Source: Takakia lepidozioides (lineage: Eukaryota > Plantae > Bryophyta). Taken from it: a DNA stretch of 64,000 nucleotides. This document shows positions 36,601 through 50,586 of the stretch, in pieces (within the stretch, counting starts at the first letter, position 1; every line of letters starts with the position of its first letter). Made by a program: the position numbers and the translations under genes. Under the pieces are notes generated by a model that saw only the letters and a list, made by a program, of their open reading frames with translations, made no database searches and was not told the origin of the DNA. The DNA lies in contig CM060731.1 of the NCBI GenBank assembly GCA_030704615.1, positions 71,672,001 through 71,736,000 on the forward strand, written 5' to 3'.

Positions 36601-38222
36601 CCACCATTCCCACATGGCAGCGTGACTACTCTCTTGCGGCCATCTATGACCGCTCCGGATTTGCTCAAAAAGGTCATCCCTAAAATGAGATCCACTCCAT
36701 CGATCTCGCAGATAGTGAAGTTTTCACGTCCCTCCCAACTCCCCAGTTGAAGAGGAACATCAAACGCCAACCTTGTCGCCAACTGAGGTTCTCCTTTGGC
36801 AGAGCGCACCTCAATAGAGGCCCCCACGTCACTTGTCGGGAGTCCCAACTTTCGCGCCGCCACCGGCGTCATGAAGGAGTGCGACGCTCCTGTGTCCACC
36901 AACAACGACACGTTAGTTCCGGATATTATCCCATCCACGAACAATAACTGACTCCCTTTACGCAGGGCGCCAGTTTCCTGATACAACTCACAAGAATAGT
37001 TGCCTACCTTGCAAGTCCTGGCGACTACCGCTTCCACCAAACGACTGATGGTATCTTCCGACAGCTCCGTGGTCGCCCGAGTCATGTTCAATTGCCGGGG
37101 CTTCGTGCACTTCTTGGCCATGTGTCCGGGCTCCCCGCAATTGAAACACACTCCATCAAAGGTCGCCTTCTGTCCGCCATAAGCCGCTCCACCCGCTTTT
37201 CCTTTCGAAGCACCGGGTGCCGCCTTGACGTGTGAAGGACCTCCCTTCGATTTCCACGTGCCATTTTCGCCGCGTGGCCTATCCCACTTCTTTTCCGGTC
37301 GGGAGGAGTCACCTTCCCGCCGGGTCTTCTTGTGGTTCAGCTCCGTACGGCCTTGTCTCTCACCCCTAGGGACATCCGAGAAACATTCAGCTCTCTCAAT
37401 TGCCTCGTTCAAAGTCTTGGGTGGCTTCTCCTCCAACTTCCGCCTAGCCCATGGGGCCAGTCCCGCCACAAAGTTGAAGACCATTTCTGGTTCTGCCATG
37501 TCCGCGACTTCGAGCAACAGCACATTGAAAGCCTGGACATACCCCCGAATGTCATCTGTTTGCTTCAAATTCCTCATCTTGTCCCGGGCAAGCCAGGATG
37601 CGTTGAGGGGCACAAACTGTCTCTTCATCAATTCCTTGAACCCACTCCAGTTCAAGGTTTCCGGGCTTGGGCCTCAGTCGTGAAGGCGTTTCTGCCACCA
37701 TTGTTGAGCATAGCCCCTCAAATAGGTGGGAGCCACTTCCACCCGATCCTCGTCACTCAACTTGGCCGCCCGGAAGTACTGCTCTAGCTCCAGGAGCCAG
37801 GTGTTGAGTGCCTTCCGGTTTCGAACGCCCTCGAAGGTGCCGGGTTCCTTAGGCTTCACCTCAAACTTTGCCTTAGTGGAAGTGGCATTAGCCGCCTTCA
37901 ACACGTCTTTCAACGTCCCGCCAAACTGCGCCAACAACCCTTCCCAAAAGGCTGCCGGCATGGGAGGCATCTCTTGGTTTGTCGGAGCTCTCAAGGATTC
38001 CTCGGGCTCCGACTCCTCGGATTCCTCCCGCTCCTGAGCGGCCTCGTTTTCGGAAACATTCATCGCTTCCTCAAACGGCCACCTCGGTGACACGTCGCCC
38101 CCATCGGGCTCACCGGGATCATCATCTTTTGGGCCGTTCCGCTTTCGCTTCGGCTTGCCTGACCCCATGATGAGGCCAATCCCAAGGACGATCGCGTACT
38201 GAACTCTAAGCTCTGATACCAA
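33610..38222 (-). pseudogene. gag-pol of the gypsy element, with one in-frame TGA at 37674-37676 and frameshifts near 35050-34960 and 34400
   Basis: [14 protein letters not shown] zinc knuckle; [10 protein letters not shown] protease; [11 protein letters not shown]; [11 protein letters not shown] RNase H; HHCC and SMDF...SDRD integrase; GPF motif; EYEVEAIL...YLVKWKGY chromodomain. Confidence 0.95.
38210..38221 (-). other. Primer-binding site for tRNA-iMet
   Basis: TGGTATCAGAGC on the minus strand, 2 nt from the 5' LTR. Confidence 0.92.
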
Positions 38223-38223
38223 A

Positions 38224-38946
38224 TGTCGCGCACCTCACTTCGGTAAACTCCCCTTCAAGTCATAGTTACTCGCTTTGATGCGCGCGCCTGACTCCCAACC
38301 TGGCCGCCGGGCCAACTTGGAGTTTCGGCTGCTCACCGGGACATAACGGTCCCCTTTCGCTTCCCTCTAAAACCCTCCACCTATTGGGACTAGGAGAATT
38401 CCCTTTGGTAGATGGCAGTCCGGAACAGCTCCCCACTCTTTGGTCGCTTTCCGGCTCGCTCGCTTACTCACTAGTTTTTGGTCACCAACGGGCTTGCACC
38501 GTTCTCGGGGTTACTACTCCCCTTATATATACTTCTGTAGCTGTCCGCGGGGGTTCCACAACCAGCCATGCCATTTTATGGCGAACCACCACGAAAACCC
38601 TCGACTCCCGGTGGTGAGTCGCGGTGAGTCTTGGCCCGCTCACCACGGCCCCTATGGACCGTGATGAGTCCCAAGACTCCCCACGACTCCCACCACGAGG
38701 TCTCCGCCCCCATGGTGAGTCCTATGCCACCCCCACTAAGTCCCACTAAGCTACCACCACCCCTTGTGGAGCCACCCCCACCGCAACCCGGTGGGGCTCC
38801 ACCTAGTGAGCGCCTCTGCTTCCCTGAGTGCCTTGGGCACTCAAGGGTGCTTCAACCCCCCTTACCTATCGCTGCCGCTGCCCCCACCACAGGGGCAGCC
38901 CCTCATGTGTCCCGACCCCCTGCCCTCAAGGCAAAGGGCCGCGACA
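38224..38946 (-). repeat. 5' LTR (723 bp)
   Basis: tgtcgcg...cgcgaca termini; TATATAA near 38530 on the minus strand. Confidence 0.95.
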
Positions 38947-40985
38947 GGCCTGCACAAGTCCAAGGTCTGGTTCTCCTCTCGGACCCTGCAAAAACGGCAA
39001 AGTTGCATTACCATCCTATCCTTGCTTCTACGTTAACAAAGTTCCCAATAAATGAACATGGTTCTAAGCACTTGCAACAAAAATAGACTAATGGACTTAG
39101 ATAAGAGGTCTGGTTCTTACATCAGCAGGATCCATGTACCATGTCTCATAAGCATTCCGTATGCCAGGATCCAGCTTGTCATTGCACTCCATGTCCCTTG
39201 AGAGTTTGAGGCATTCAACAGGATCCTTGATGATACTTGGGTCCATGATATCTGCGGTTTGTGACATCAAAATGTACAAGCCTGTAGGGGCAGCCATGTC
39301 TGGTAGGTCACCAAGAGCATCGAGCTCTCCCCCCAAAGTGAATGTATTTGTTGTTTCCAGATCTCTTGAGTGTATGTCCTCCAGAGTCAGTGACTTCTGT
39401 TTGTAAGAATTAGGGGGGGGTGGACACTCAAGCATCATTGGCCCTGATAAGTCTATTTGCACATTCATCCCCATTGGGATTTCGCTGAGTGCACTGTTCC
39501 GAATCGTGCATGTGTGCTGCCCACCATTTTCTAGTATGTCCTGCAATAAAGGAGGAAGTGGGAGCTTGAGCTTCCCGTGCGCCACCGATACCCTGGACTG
39601 AGGTGCATTGGATTTCTTTCCTCCTGCTGTTTGATGACCCACAGAGGGCTTTTTTATGGTACTCTGAAATGCATCGTCCATGTCCTCATTGCCCGTAGAG
39701 TACGCCTTGACACATGTGGCATTGACTTTCATGGTTTTGTTGGTTTTTTTTTTTTCTTGATGGCTCCACCTCTTCTGTAGGCTCTCTCTTCCTCTTTTCC
39801 TGATTTGGAGGCTTCATACCTAACTTCTCCTTTCAACTCCTCATTTTCTCCTTGGGAAATGTTGGGTACATCTTCAAGGGAGGCCCTTTGTGCATAGGGC
39901 ATGATTGTCTTAAGCGATGGTAGCTCAGACTATTCTTGTCCTTGAAATTCACATCACAGTACTTGCAAAAGAATGGACGCCTCTCAAAACCCAATTACTC
40001 ATGTCGTTGACATTCAATATGAGCTTCCACATCAAGCCGCAGATTTTTGGCATGTATCTCCAGGTCAACAAGGGCAATGTTGGCAGATGCCTGCTCATTC
40101 CGTCGCCTCAATGGCACCTCTAGTAGAGGGGTCTAGAAACTAGGCAATCCAAGTACCAACCGCAGCTTGCAAGATGTTTCGGGCCCCAGTCAGCCAAAAT
40201 CCCTGTAGTTAACTTGGTCTGCTTCCCTGCTTGAGCTAGCCACAATCCGGATGTTTGTCCAGGCAATTCTCCACCATGAGAATGTTTTATATGTACCTGA
40301 TGGCACACACACAGCCAAATTATGCACTACATGGGTTCACTTCAAGCTTAAACCCAAATTCGACACACGAAACTGTGGTGGAGAACTCACCCCTTCCGCC
40401 CATCTAATGGCCGCCTTCTCCAAGATCACCCGTGCGTTTTCACGTACTTGAAAAGCATCGTAGACAGAAATTGCTAGTTGTGGGCTGCCATGACTTATGT
40501 TGGCATTGGCTTGTTGCGCGTGACCGCCGTCAACCATGAGGTCAACTTGTGCTTCAATCATCGTTGTTAAGGCCATGGTACTGCCATCCTCTGGGCCGTC
40601 CATAAGCAGTCACTCTATTCCAGTTTTCAGCACGTTCTACTTTGTTCTCTTTACTCCATACCCCATCATCTCAATAGCCTAAGCACCTGTATACGCACAC
40701 GATTATATAGAACGAGAACTTCAAATGTCCCACTAATCTAATGTTATGGCAACCGATTATCATCACTGGCTTGGGTGACATCCTTTTGGAGGTTCCATTT
40801 CTTCCATAGAGCTATTTCCACTGATTAATCATGTGCAATGCTCTCCAGTCCTGGAAACTATGAGCGAACTATTAGAAAATAAGACATGTCGTTCTTCAGC
40901 AGTTGTGATGAAGAGGGAAAGCTCCTTACTTTTCCACCTATTGTTGCAGCTGACACGACCACCCGTTTGTCCTTCAGGGTGAATG

Positions 40986-41714
40986 CAGGGTTGACTGGAC
41001 CAAAATGGACGTTATCGGCACAGTTTTAGATTACTGCAATTGATGGTGTCATCAATTGAATTTGAATTAACTCATTAAAACCAGAAAATATATATTTCAT
41101 TGGATTCCTAGCTTCAATATGCACCCATAGCAACTCTCCAATCATAAATCCGATAAGAAATGACTCCACTATGGACTTTTGAACACCGTCATTGTGGACT
41201 GTTACCTTAGTGAATGGAGTTACAATGGACTCAAGTTCTCATATGTGCCATTGGTGAATTCCATTGAAATTTGGACATAAGGTGGCCATTTTGGTCCACA
41301 TCTTAGGTATGGATTTGAAGTGGCAAAATCATCTGTCATTTGTCTCATTTGGACTAATATATGTAAAAAACATAGGCGTTTTTTGAAAAGTCCATAGCTC
41401 ATCTTGTTTTTTGGATTTTGGGTGTCATTTTTTTTCTAGAACTATAAAAACCTATAATCTTCAATGGCTAGGTGGCATATTGAATTTTTTTTGTAAACTC
41501 TAATTTTTAGTTTTTCATAATTTCTCTAAATAATAGACTAAAATATTTAATAAATTATAACTTTACTATTTGGGATAGGACTCTTTACTAAATATGTTCA
41601 GTATACCATTATATATCACTAAAATAATATTTTGGATAGTATCCTCAACTTTTTGGTTTTTGGTCATGGACTTTCATGGAGGAGGATCTGCCATTTTTGG
41701 TCCACTCAACCCTG
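40986..41714. mobile_element. Non-autonomous TIR element (hAT-like MITE)
   Basis: CAGGGTTGACTGGACCAAAATGG vs reverse complement of the right end CAGGGTTGAGTGGACCAAAAATGG. Many internal TGGAC/GTCCA motifs; AT-rich core; no clear TSD. Confidence 0.7.
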
Positions 41715-44700
41715 CAACTGCCCTTCACCTGCACGTACCCATACAAGTAGTACGTCCTTGTCAAAGTGCAATAAAGTCAATATGTCAATCATTTTACCCA
41801 CTTGAAAGCGAGGTGGACGAACAAAGATCTGAGGATACTAGCTCTATTTAGTGATTAATGACAGATCGGGAAAATACTGTGGACAGAACAACGCAGCACT
41901 GATAAAGAGTATGTCAAAAGTTCATACGATCCTTCAATCCATATGAATAACTATATATGGGAATGCTTGAATGTTCTGACTTTATGGTGCGTGCAACCAC
42001 GAACATTGGTCCTGCTCAGAATCCCGAGTTGACACGTCAGCATACCAAACACAACCCTTTCAAATGCCATGGCTCTCAAGAGCCCTTCACTATGGGCTTG
42101 ATTGTTGCACAGAAGCAGAACAAGAAAAGCATCAAAGCAAGAAGAGAGCATCAGGAACAAACGTGCGAGCTGCATCTTGCAAAGACCCAAACTCATTGAT
42201 ATCTTTTGTCTAGCCCTACACCCGCCTGTCATATGACTGAATGTCTCACCGGCAGATAGACGATCCTCCCACTTGGTCGGCTCCTATGACAGTTGCTTGT
42301 GACAGTGATCTTGACCTGCCCAATCACCCCTCCCACATAACCACAATTAGTAAGGTATGTCTTAGCAGCAAGGCCAGAGATGTCTCATTTGACTCGAAAT
42401 GCAAATAGTCTCGCTGAAATGTTTGTCCCAGCTCTGAAATTCGACGGGGAGATTATGAATGGAAAAGTAGATAATTATTTAGTGACAGGGATACATGCCA
42501 AGAAGCATTTGACAACACTTCCACATGTTCTCCATGCTCCACATCTAATCAATTGAAATCACTTCATGAACGGCAGGCCCTAATTTAGAGCCAACTTGGC
42601 CAAAAGTCCAGGAAGCTATATGAATAAAATGTGTATCTTATGCCCCCAAGCTCTCATGAGTGATGGAAGGCTGGCGGAGGATTCTCCTCTAGAATAAAGG
42701 TCACTTGCAGCCTTCCTCCCCAGGTCACATATCCATATTTCTTTCTCCAGGTCCATAACATCAGAACTACAACAAACACCTTTCTACACGAAGGACCTTT
42801 CTACAGCTTCATGCTACCAAGTTGTATATACTGCTTACAGAACATGCTTGAATTGAAATATAGCAAAAGAACCAGATTCAAGAGATCAAAGACTGATGAC
42901 TTGGACTCGGGCTTTTGTTGGTCGACATTGAATTGTTGTTGTCTGCAAACATCATCCCATAAGACAACAACTCTCTCACAATAGCTGACACCAAAAACCT
43001 ATAAGCTATAGTTTAAGCTATAAATTACAATAATTACACTATAGTTGAAACCTTTCAACTGCCAACAGATCTGAAGAAGCACTCCCATCCATAACAAGAA
43101 CTATGCTGCATTTGGGAAATTGAGAAGTAAGAGAGAAGAGCATGGGATTGAGTGGCCGCTTGGCAAGATGCTGCTGATTCTAATCCAGCAATAGAAGTGC
43201 AAATTTTGGACTACGAAAGATATAGCCATGCAGCCAACCTGAGATGCCTGAATCAATCCTTCCACGGTCCAAGAGAGAGAAAAGAAGGCTTTATAGAATC
43301 CTCCTCCACACACACACCTAGAGAGAGAAAGAAAGAGACAAAGAAAGAGCTGTACAACCTCCATAGGAGGCTCAAAAGACTTTACGGGACAAGGCCAACT
43401 GAAGATAGAATGAACAGAATAGTGGGGCTTATCAAAAATTGAGAATATTATGAGACACACCTCAAAGAATGAAAGGGAGAGGTTTGACAATTGAACCTCA
43501 CTGGCAATTGACCCAGAAGCAAAATGAACATCTGAATTCCGTTGATGATAAGAACTTGTAGCTTCCAGTGCCAGCTTCCAAAGTAGGTATATATGTCAGA
43601 AACTGTGGGGACTGACTACCCATAATTTCGAGCCTTTACAGTTGACTAGAAGAGCACAAGCAAGACTTGGAATAAAGTCAGGCCCAATGAGATCTCGAAC
43701 TCTATGACACCCACTAATTCCATATCAACACAAGTCATATCAGACACCATCAAACCTATGGCCCTCTATTATGTCAGTCACCTCCACTTCAAAATCCCAC
43801 TTCATTTGCAAGTCAGCTATGTACTTCATTGTTGCCAGTACATGTTGGTCATGACATAATGTCTAAGGGGAGCACAGTGACTTCCATATATTCATTTCAA
43901 TGCATCACAAAAATTGAGACCTCCCACAAGGGTTACACATAGCTGTAGCTTGTGACATGTGAGGGTCTCAGTCATTGAATTGATCAAGAAGGCAGAAATG
44001 TGCCAGCACATTTTCAATGTTTTTTCAGATGACCTCACTAAAGTTTGGACTGGGTCATTCTGGTGTACATGTCTTGAAATCTCCCTGAAATCGAACTGGT
44101 TTCTATCTTTCTGCGACCTACAGAACAATGAGAGCAAGAAAGAGGCAACGCACCTGTCAGGTGATGCAAAGCAAGCAGCAAACGGCCCCTCCTTTGCACG
44201 CTCTCCATACACTGAGGTGCCCCCTTCCTAAAACGAACATTCCACATCGTTGATTAAGTAGTTGTTCCAAAACCACTTCTTAGAACATTGTAGCTGATAC
44301 AATAAACCCAAATCTCAAACTTCCATGTCAATCTCAATTTCCCTTGGTTATTTCATGTTCTTTTTTTTACCTAGATTCAGTAATGAACTGAAACATGTAG
44401 CTGGCAAAGGAATATCGTGGCACAAAACAGGGGAGAGGTGAGCGATGAGAACTGTGATAGATGGCTGGCCATATGTTTGCTGGTCGCAGCTCGTTGCAAG
44501 TTGGCTGGTCACATGCCAAATTTCATCGTCCCTCCAGATTTTGCAGCTTCTTGTACGCGCGCTACCGTCGTTAGGTTTGCTGTTGCTTTTGTTGGTCAGC
44601 ATCGCCCACGTCGTTGTTGGTTTGCTTCTCTTCCTCATTCACTTTCGTTCCAGAGGTTATAGAGCACCATTTGATTCTTGCATGTCACGTTTTGTGAATG

Positions 44701-44794
44701 TGCTGTCTTGTTTGATGCGGAGCATCTCTTTTCAATTCATGTGGTTCCAAAGCTGTTTCAATTAGTTTGAATTGATTAAAGCTGTTTAGGTGTT

Positions 44795-47700
44795 TCAATG
44801 CATTGCTGCTTCTCTGCTGGTGGTTTGTATGGTAGTTTGTATGGTGGATGGTATGGGTGGTTTGTGGTCATGGTTTACTGGTGCTGCTGGATTATTAGGG
44901 TTATGGATTAGGGCCCACTTAATGAATTCGTCAAGACCGATTGGCATAGCTAACTTGAATTTCCCTACGGAGATACAAGGCTGGGTGGCAGGAGGTGTTT
45001 TCTTTCTATCCTTTAGGAAAACCTCACAAAGGTAACCGATGTCCAGAACCAGGACGTAGTATCCTGGCCGCCATCCGTTCGGTCCCCAAGTAAGGGAATG
45101 CAGATCGTTTGGATTGACAGAAAGGGAATAGTCGAATGGAGGGTAATGCATGTTGTCCTATGGAATAACAGAAGAGTTCATTATTAATTTCAATTTGAGA
45201 AATCCCAAAGTAGACAAACGGAAGAATGGAGTTGAAATCATTACAATTTTTGGAGTCGGCTGCTGAGATCCCTGGGCAGGCTGCTCCTCCTCTTTCCCAT
45301 CTCTACATCCAACATTATCGTCCTTCTCTGTGGAGCCAGATGGCAACCTCGACTGTCCAGTGGAGGTTACTTGTATGACCGGCTCAGATAGAGCGACAGT
45401 AATTGTTCGATCCACCATCTTCACCGTCTCAATGTCGATGGAGTCGGTCCTCGTGTGTTTGATCTCCTCAGACGTCGTCTCACGAATCTACAGGAAATTA
45501 ATGAAAAATCCCACGGATGACGACTATGGTGGTCCAAAATGATCTGACAAAATTACCGAATAGAGCAATACCGAAGATGAGATTGAAAGACCAATAATAA
45601 GAGTAATAAGAATAAAGCCATTGTTTTACCCGAATCGGGATCTGTTGTTGGATTACGCGATTGTGGTGCTCTGTCTCTTCTCCTTCCCCGCGAGTAGGAG
45701 GATTCTCCGACTCAATCCTTGCGTCCCTTGATGGCAACGTCGACTGGACAGTGGAGGTTACTTGCGGAACCGGCTCAGGTGACCTGGCCCTCACTGTCAG
45801 ATCCACGTGTCTCTTCACCGTTTGAGTCTACTTTGATCCTTTTCTTGTGTGTCATTTCCTCCGAATTGGATTCTTGGATCTACAAGAAAAGTTATCCAAA
45901 TCGGTTGGTGGCTGTCCACAAAGGTGTGTGAACGGAAATATGTATCCGGGTGGAAATATGTTTTATTCAGAAGTCTAGAAAGACGGATATGGGAAAAACA
46001 TTGGGATTATATATAATTACAATATTGTCATATGGAAAAAACATTTGGATTATTCCACTCACAAGTATGTATAATTACAATATTGTCATATTGTATTTAG
46101 AAGTGTGTACGAATAAACATTCACTAATTGTCATTCGTTACCTACATCCAGAACCACTTCCTGGGTAACATTCTCGGACACCAGCTCACGACGATTGTTA
46201 ACGGGATCCGGTGACATAATCAAGGGCTCGTCACCTTCCACAGGTGTGAACCCTTGACCAAGGGTTTCAACTAACTCCCTCGATGACGCTTCTTGTCCCC
46301 CTGGAGAAGCCGGATTCTTATTCGTGGTGTTATCGGAACTGGAGGAAGAGCTATCCAGATTGTGTACATCTTATGGTGCAACGCGTTCTTGGGTATTTGG
46401 ATAACTACCTACATTATCCAACCGGGAAATTTCCTGGTCCTCTCTTTCCCTTTCCCACATTAGCCGCATCTGCCCCTGGTCTCCGTTGACAATTTCCATG
46501 TTCTCATCTTCGTCTTTCTCCTCCTCGTCGTCCTCTTCTAGTTTCTCCTCCATTTCCTCGTCCTGATCCTTGTTGTGTCCTTCGTCATCATCTTCTTCGT
46601 CCACTTCGTCATCCTGCAGTGAGTCTCCGTCATTTCCGTCTCCTGCGATAGTCTGATTGTCAATCTAGAGGGTCCTGAAATAGGCCTCCACCTTGCTTCT
46701 ACAAAATTTCTTTTTCGTTACAAAGTTTATGTCGAGCACACGAATATTTCTTTCCTGTAATGAAACTAAACAATGATATCAAAATAAATCCGACGAACAC
46801 CAACCATCGAAAGATTGACAGGGTTAGGCTTTCTTTTGAGACAACTAGCAAACACACCAAACTCCTGAATAACAAACACCCAAAACACCCACAACTCCAA
46901 TAACATGAACCTCCACTGCCCAGTGGAGGTTAACAAAATGGAAACAATCAGACACAGGTTAAACACGCTATTCCGACAACGTCAATAATACGAGAGTTAA
47001 ATCCGGGAAAACTGAAAACACAGACAATTCCAAGATGCAGAATCCACTTACAAGCAGAACGTATGTCATTGCCAGTCCTCCGAAAATGTTCACACAAGAC
47101 ATTCCGTCCCTGCAAAAAAAAAAAACCAGGTAATCGTAGGTGTCCGGCCTCAACTCATGATTGTAAGTCCTGCACTCCTTCTCCTGCGAGGTCGGGTCTA
47201 CATCTGGTCCTTGGATAACGGGATTAATTTTTGGGTCCGGCGATAACAAAACAATTTGAATGTGGTCGTCCGGATTCACCATCTCCTTAGTTGTTGCCGG
47301 AAATACGTAGTCGAGGCAGAGGACCGTCCGGGAGAAAATAGTCGTGCAGCTCTTGTAAGGTGATTCAAACTCGCCGGGAATGTAATAACCCTGTCGGATA
47401 ATAAACGATTTTGATCCAGGGCCATTCCGGATGTATGACACAAGATTTCCCGATGATTATTGTGTCGAGAAAAACACAAAAGCACTGGACATGAGCTTCC
47501 GAGCCACAAAAACATCCAGGATATTTGAGTAGTCATTTGCCTCGAAGACAACAGAGTCATCATCACAAACTGTATTGGCCAACACCATGGATATGTCGTC
47601 GAACCGATTCTTTGGTGCAAGTCCCAACCGTGATCTGGCATCAACAAATTTCTGGTTCCCCCCCAGCTGTGTGTAATGGGACCTGAAGCTCGTGCGTAGA

Positions 47701-50330
47701 ATCGCCAGGGCATTCTGGTTATCCTTGAAGGACTGCTTGCACGACAAGACATAATTCTTGAAGGCAACAGTCATTGGCTGCGTCTCCATATTCATCTTTT
47801 GTTTGCTAACAATGTAGTCGTTCCCGAGCCTATTTCAAAATGTTTCAAACTCAGCTTTGTTGAAGTTGTATTTTTTTTTAACATCACGCCACTCCTGTTT
47901 GGTATACGGTTCCGGGTTCTGTTTGCTCCTCCGAGGCCACCCTAAGCATTACATCGTCGATAATAAACCGTCGCAATTTCATTTGGTCAATATACGCGCT
48001 CATTGTGTTTTTGGATTTGTCCGCGCCCTTGAATTTCGTTCCCCGAATGCAAATGTCTCTGTTTAGGATTTTCTCCGCCACTCTTTTCAACTGCCTGCTA
48101 TTAAGTCCTTGCAGTTTCGCGATAGCGGTTTTATTCAGCGGTAGCTGTTCACCATTGCACTGAATCCAGAAAATATCAATAAGCTTCCCTTGTTCCCACT
48201 GTTTGAAAACCTCCTCCCACAGGATCCATACGTCTTCGTCACAGAGAACCAGAACCATGGCCTCCTTCACGCTACTCATCTCCAGTATGAGTTGACATGC
48301 TTGCATAAATTCCTACGAAAATTATCAGGGCCAAAGTTAGACATTTCATTCGATATTTGATATTAATTTTTGAGATGAAACAATAGTCACAACTATCATG
48401 TCAATTATACTATACACCAAGTGATGATTCGATTGTTAATTCATCTCCCTTCATCTTGTTGTGCCTTGTAATTTGAAGCTCTTTCTGTAGTGTCTCCTGC
48501 TTCGGAATGCGGTGCTCCTCCAAGTCAAATTTGTCCAATCTCTTCATGTTCTCCACCAGGAACAGTTCCAAGAGTGTACCTAGAAAATCCTTGAAAAACC
48601 CAATGAGCATGAAAAGTTTTGGAAGCATTCTCCGCAACATCACGTTTTCATGATCATATGATGTTTCAAGTATTTTTGCGGCACATTTGCGGAACTGTTA
48701 CAGGTGGAGAACATAAATAGATTGGGAAAATAAGAGCTGGACAAGCACCTCATTACCAATCAAGACATATTACAAAAGACCCCATCATGTCGAATTTCCA
48801 AATGCTGAACCATCCCGCTCGTTCATTGTAGCACCCTCCCTTATGAAGCTATTTTTGTAGTGTCTCCTGCTTCGTAATGCGGTCTCCGTTCGTCACATTA
48901 AATCCGAGCTTGAAAATAATTTTGTTCTCTAGCAAAAGGAATGGAAAACACAATGAATTATTTACCTTCCATTGTCTAGTCTCCGACTTCGTTGTGTGAT
49001 CGTTGTACTTTCTCAGCCTCCCCCTCAGCTCGAAGAAATTTCGGGCATGTGCAACTTTCTCGGCAAATGTTGTGTCAAATTTCTGCGCCTTATTCGGGTC
49101 GTTTAGAAGCTTAGATAGCTTCACGAGCCTCATCAGATCCTTTGACCATATAATCTTTGAGGGCCAGTCAGTGTAGTGCTTCTTAAGATTGTCGTCGTCC
49201 ACGTCTTGCACAAGTTCCTGCGACAGAATTGAATAAGGTCAGAAATGATATCGACCTAACAAGCATGTTGTTTAAAGTTCATGAACCTCCACTGTCCAGT
49301 GGAAGTTCATGTTGTTACAAAAATTGGATTTTGTCGGGAAATTTACCTTGGCAGCAATGATCGTGTGTTGTCCACCAATGACGAAGAATCTGGAATTTTC
49401 CACCTCCTTCCAGTTTCGAGGTTTCGAACTAGAAACCTCCATAGGCTTCTCGGGGTTTGCGGGAATCAAATAAACTGGATGTTTGGAGTCGAACACCCGG
49501 AGCTGGTAAGACGCGCTTTGACTTCGTCTTTGTGCTTCACATTTAGGGGCCTGTACACCATATCCTTGGGAGCAAGCTCCATCATGGAAACTTTGACGTC
49601 CTGGGTCGCCTCAAACCCAAAAAAAAAACATGTCATTGTAGTCTTGCTCCAACCTCTCCAGCATCTTCTCACACTTGTCAATATGTCCGTAGCCTTGGGT
49701 TTCTTGGTATCTGTCATGAACGCATGATCCATCTCCTCCTTTTGTTTCTTCTTTCCCTCTGATGTACCGGCTTCATTGTCATCACCACCGGTCAATGGAT
49801 TTCCGTTTTCCCTTCTTTGGCTTCGCTCTTGCAGCCTCCTCCTCCCGCGTCTTTGCAATCTCCTTACCCTTCAAGTAAAGCACATCCAAGAAAATACCCC
49901 AAGCCATGCAAAAACCTTCATCTGTAAATTCAGTACCCTCGTCGCAATATGTGAACCCCGCCCGAATGGACTCTCTCATCATGGCCTTCCTTAGAATTCG
50001 TACCTCCAGTTTGAAGCCAAACGTTATGGGAAATCTACCATCTTCCATCATGAACTTTACTAAAATCGGAAATTCCACATCCATCCCCAGCTCTACGTCG
50101 ACCACATCTGCATATTTGAGCTCGGCGACCTCTGCACCAATCTTGTATTGGAACCGGAACTTATGGTCCGGAGGTGTGCCAACAGGTACAATGCCCCATT
50201 CTGTGATCTCCGGGTTCAGCTCAAAAATTGCCAGGTGATCATTCTTGAAATTCGGAGATTTTCGAGAAACAAATGAAGCACAGATAGGTTTGCACATTCC
50301 AACAATACAATCCCTCGGGGTAATGTTGTT
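44795..50330 (-). pseudogene. Large multi-exon TE-associated gene: ParB/Srx-like domain, helical region, methyltransferase-like C-terminal motifs, acidic tail
   Basis: Co-oriented ORF pieces with GT-AG boundaries; VYRPLNVKHKDEVK...FFVIGGQHTIIAAK; ELRPDTYDYLVFFFCRDGMSCVNIFGG; D/E-rich segment at 46371-46650. Several frameshifts. Confidence 0.55.
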
Positions 50331-50586
50331 GTCCACAGAACAAACCACCTCGGTCGTTAGACACATATCATGACAACCATACAAGATTCCGAGGACAGTA
50401 ACCTCCACTGTCCAGTAGAGGTTCAACAATTCACACGCTCATAGCTGACAGATAAAAGAGTTCAATTCAGGAGGAAAAAATGATTTCAATTATAAGAAGA
50501 ATAATACATTTATTCAGAGAAGGCTCGTCTCGCCATTCCATACATCATGCGGTCTCAAAATTGTTCTTATAACGAATATATAATTT

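Larger units (their letters stand above)
32108..38946 (-). mobile_element. Full-length Ty3/gypsy chromovirus LTR retrotransposon
   Basis: TG...CA LTRs, GGCCT TSD (32103-32107 and 38947-38951), tRNA-iMet PBS, order gag-PR-RT-RH-IN-chromodomain. Confidence 0.97.
30799..40603 (-). pseudogene. Unassigned degenerate ORF region split by the gypsy insertion
   Basis: Co-oriented ORF fragments (40337-40603, 39097-39732, 31914-32107, 31361-31888, 30799-31443). Removing the element restores ...LGLVQATLDNFRRLRNGE across the TSD. No family recognised. Confidence 0.4.

Noticed and set aside
37674-37676. Programmed gag readthrough
   Set aside because: The TGA lies mid-capsid, before the zinc knuckle; a CGA>TGA mutation is simpler.
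38580-38730. Hammerhead ribozyme (retrozyme) in the LTR
   Set aside because: GTGATGAG is present, but there is no CTGANGA...GAAA core with helices.
41900-44250. Possible decayed TE gene
   Set aside because: Only short ORFs with no recognisable motif.
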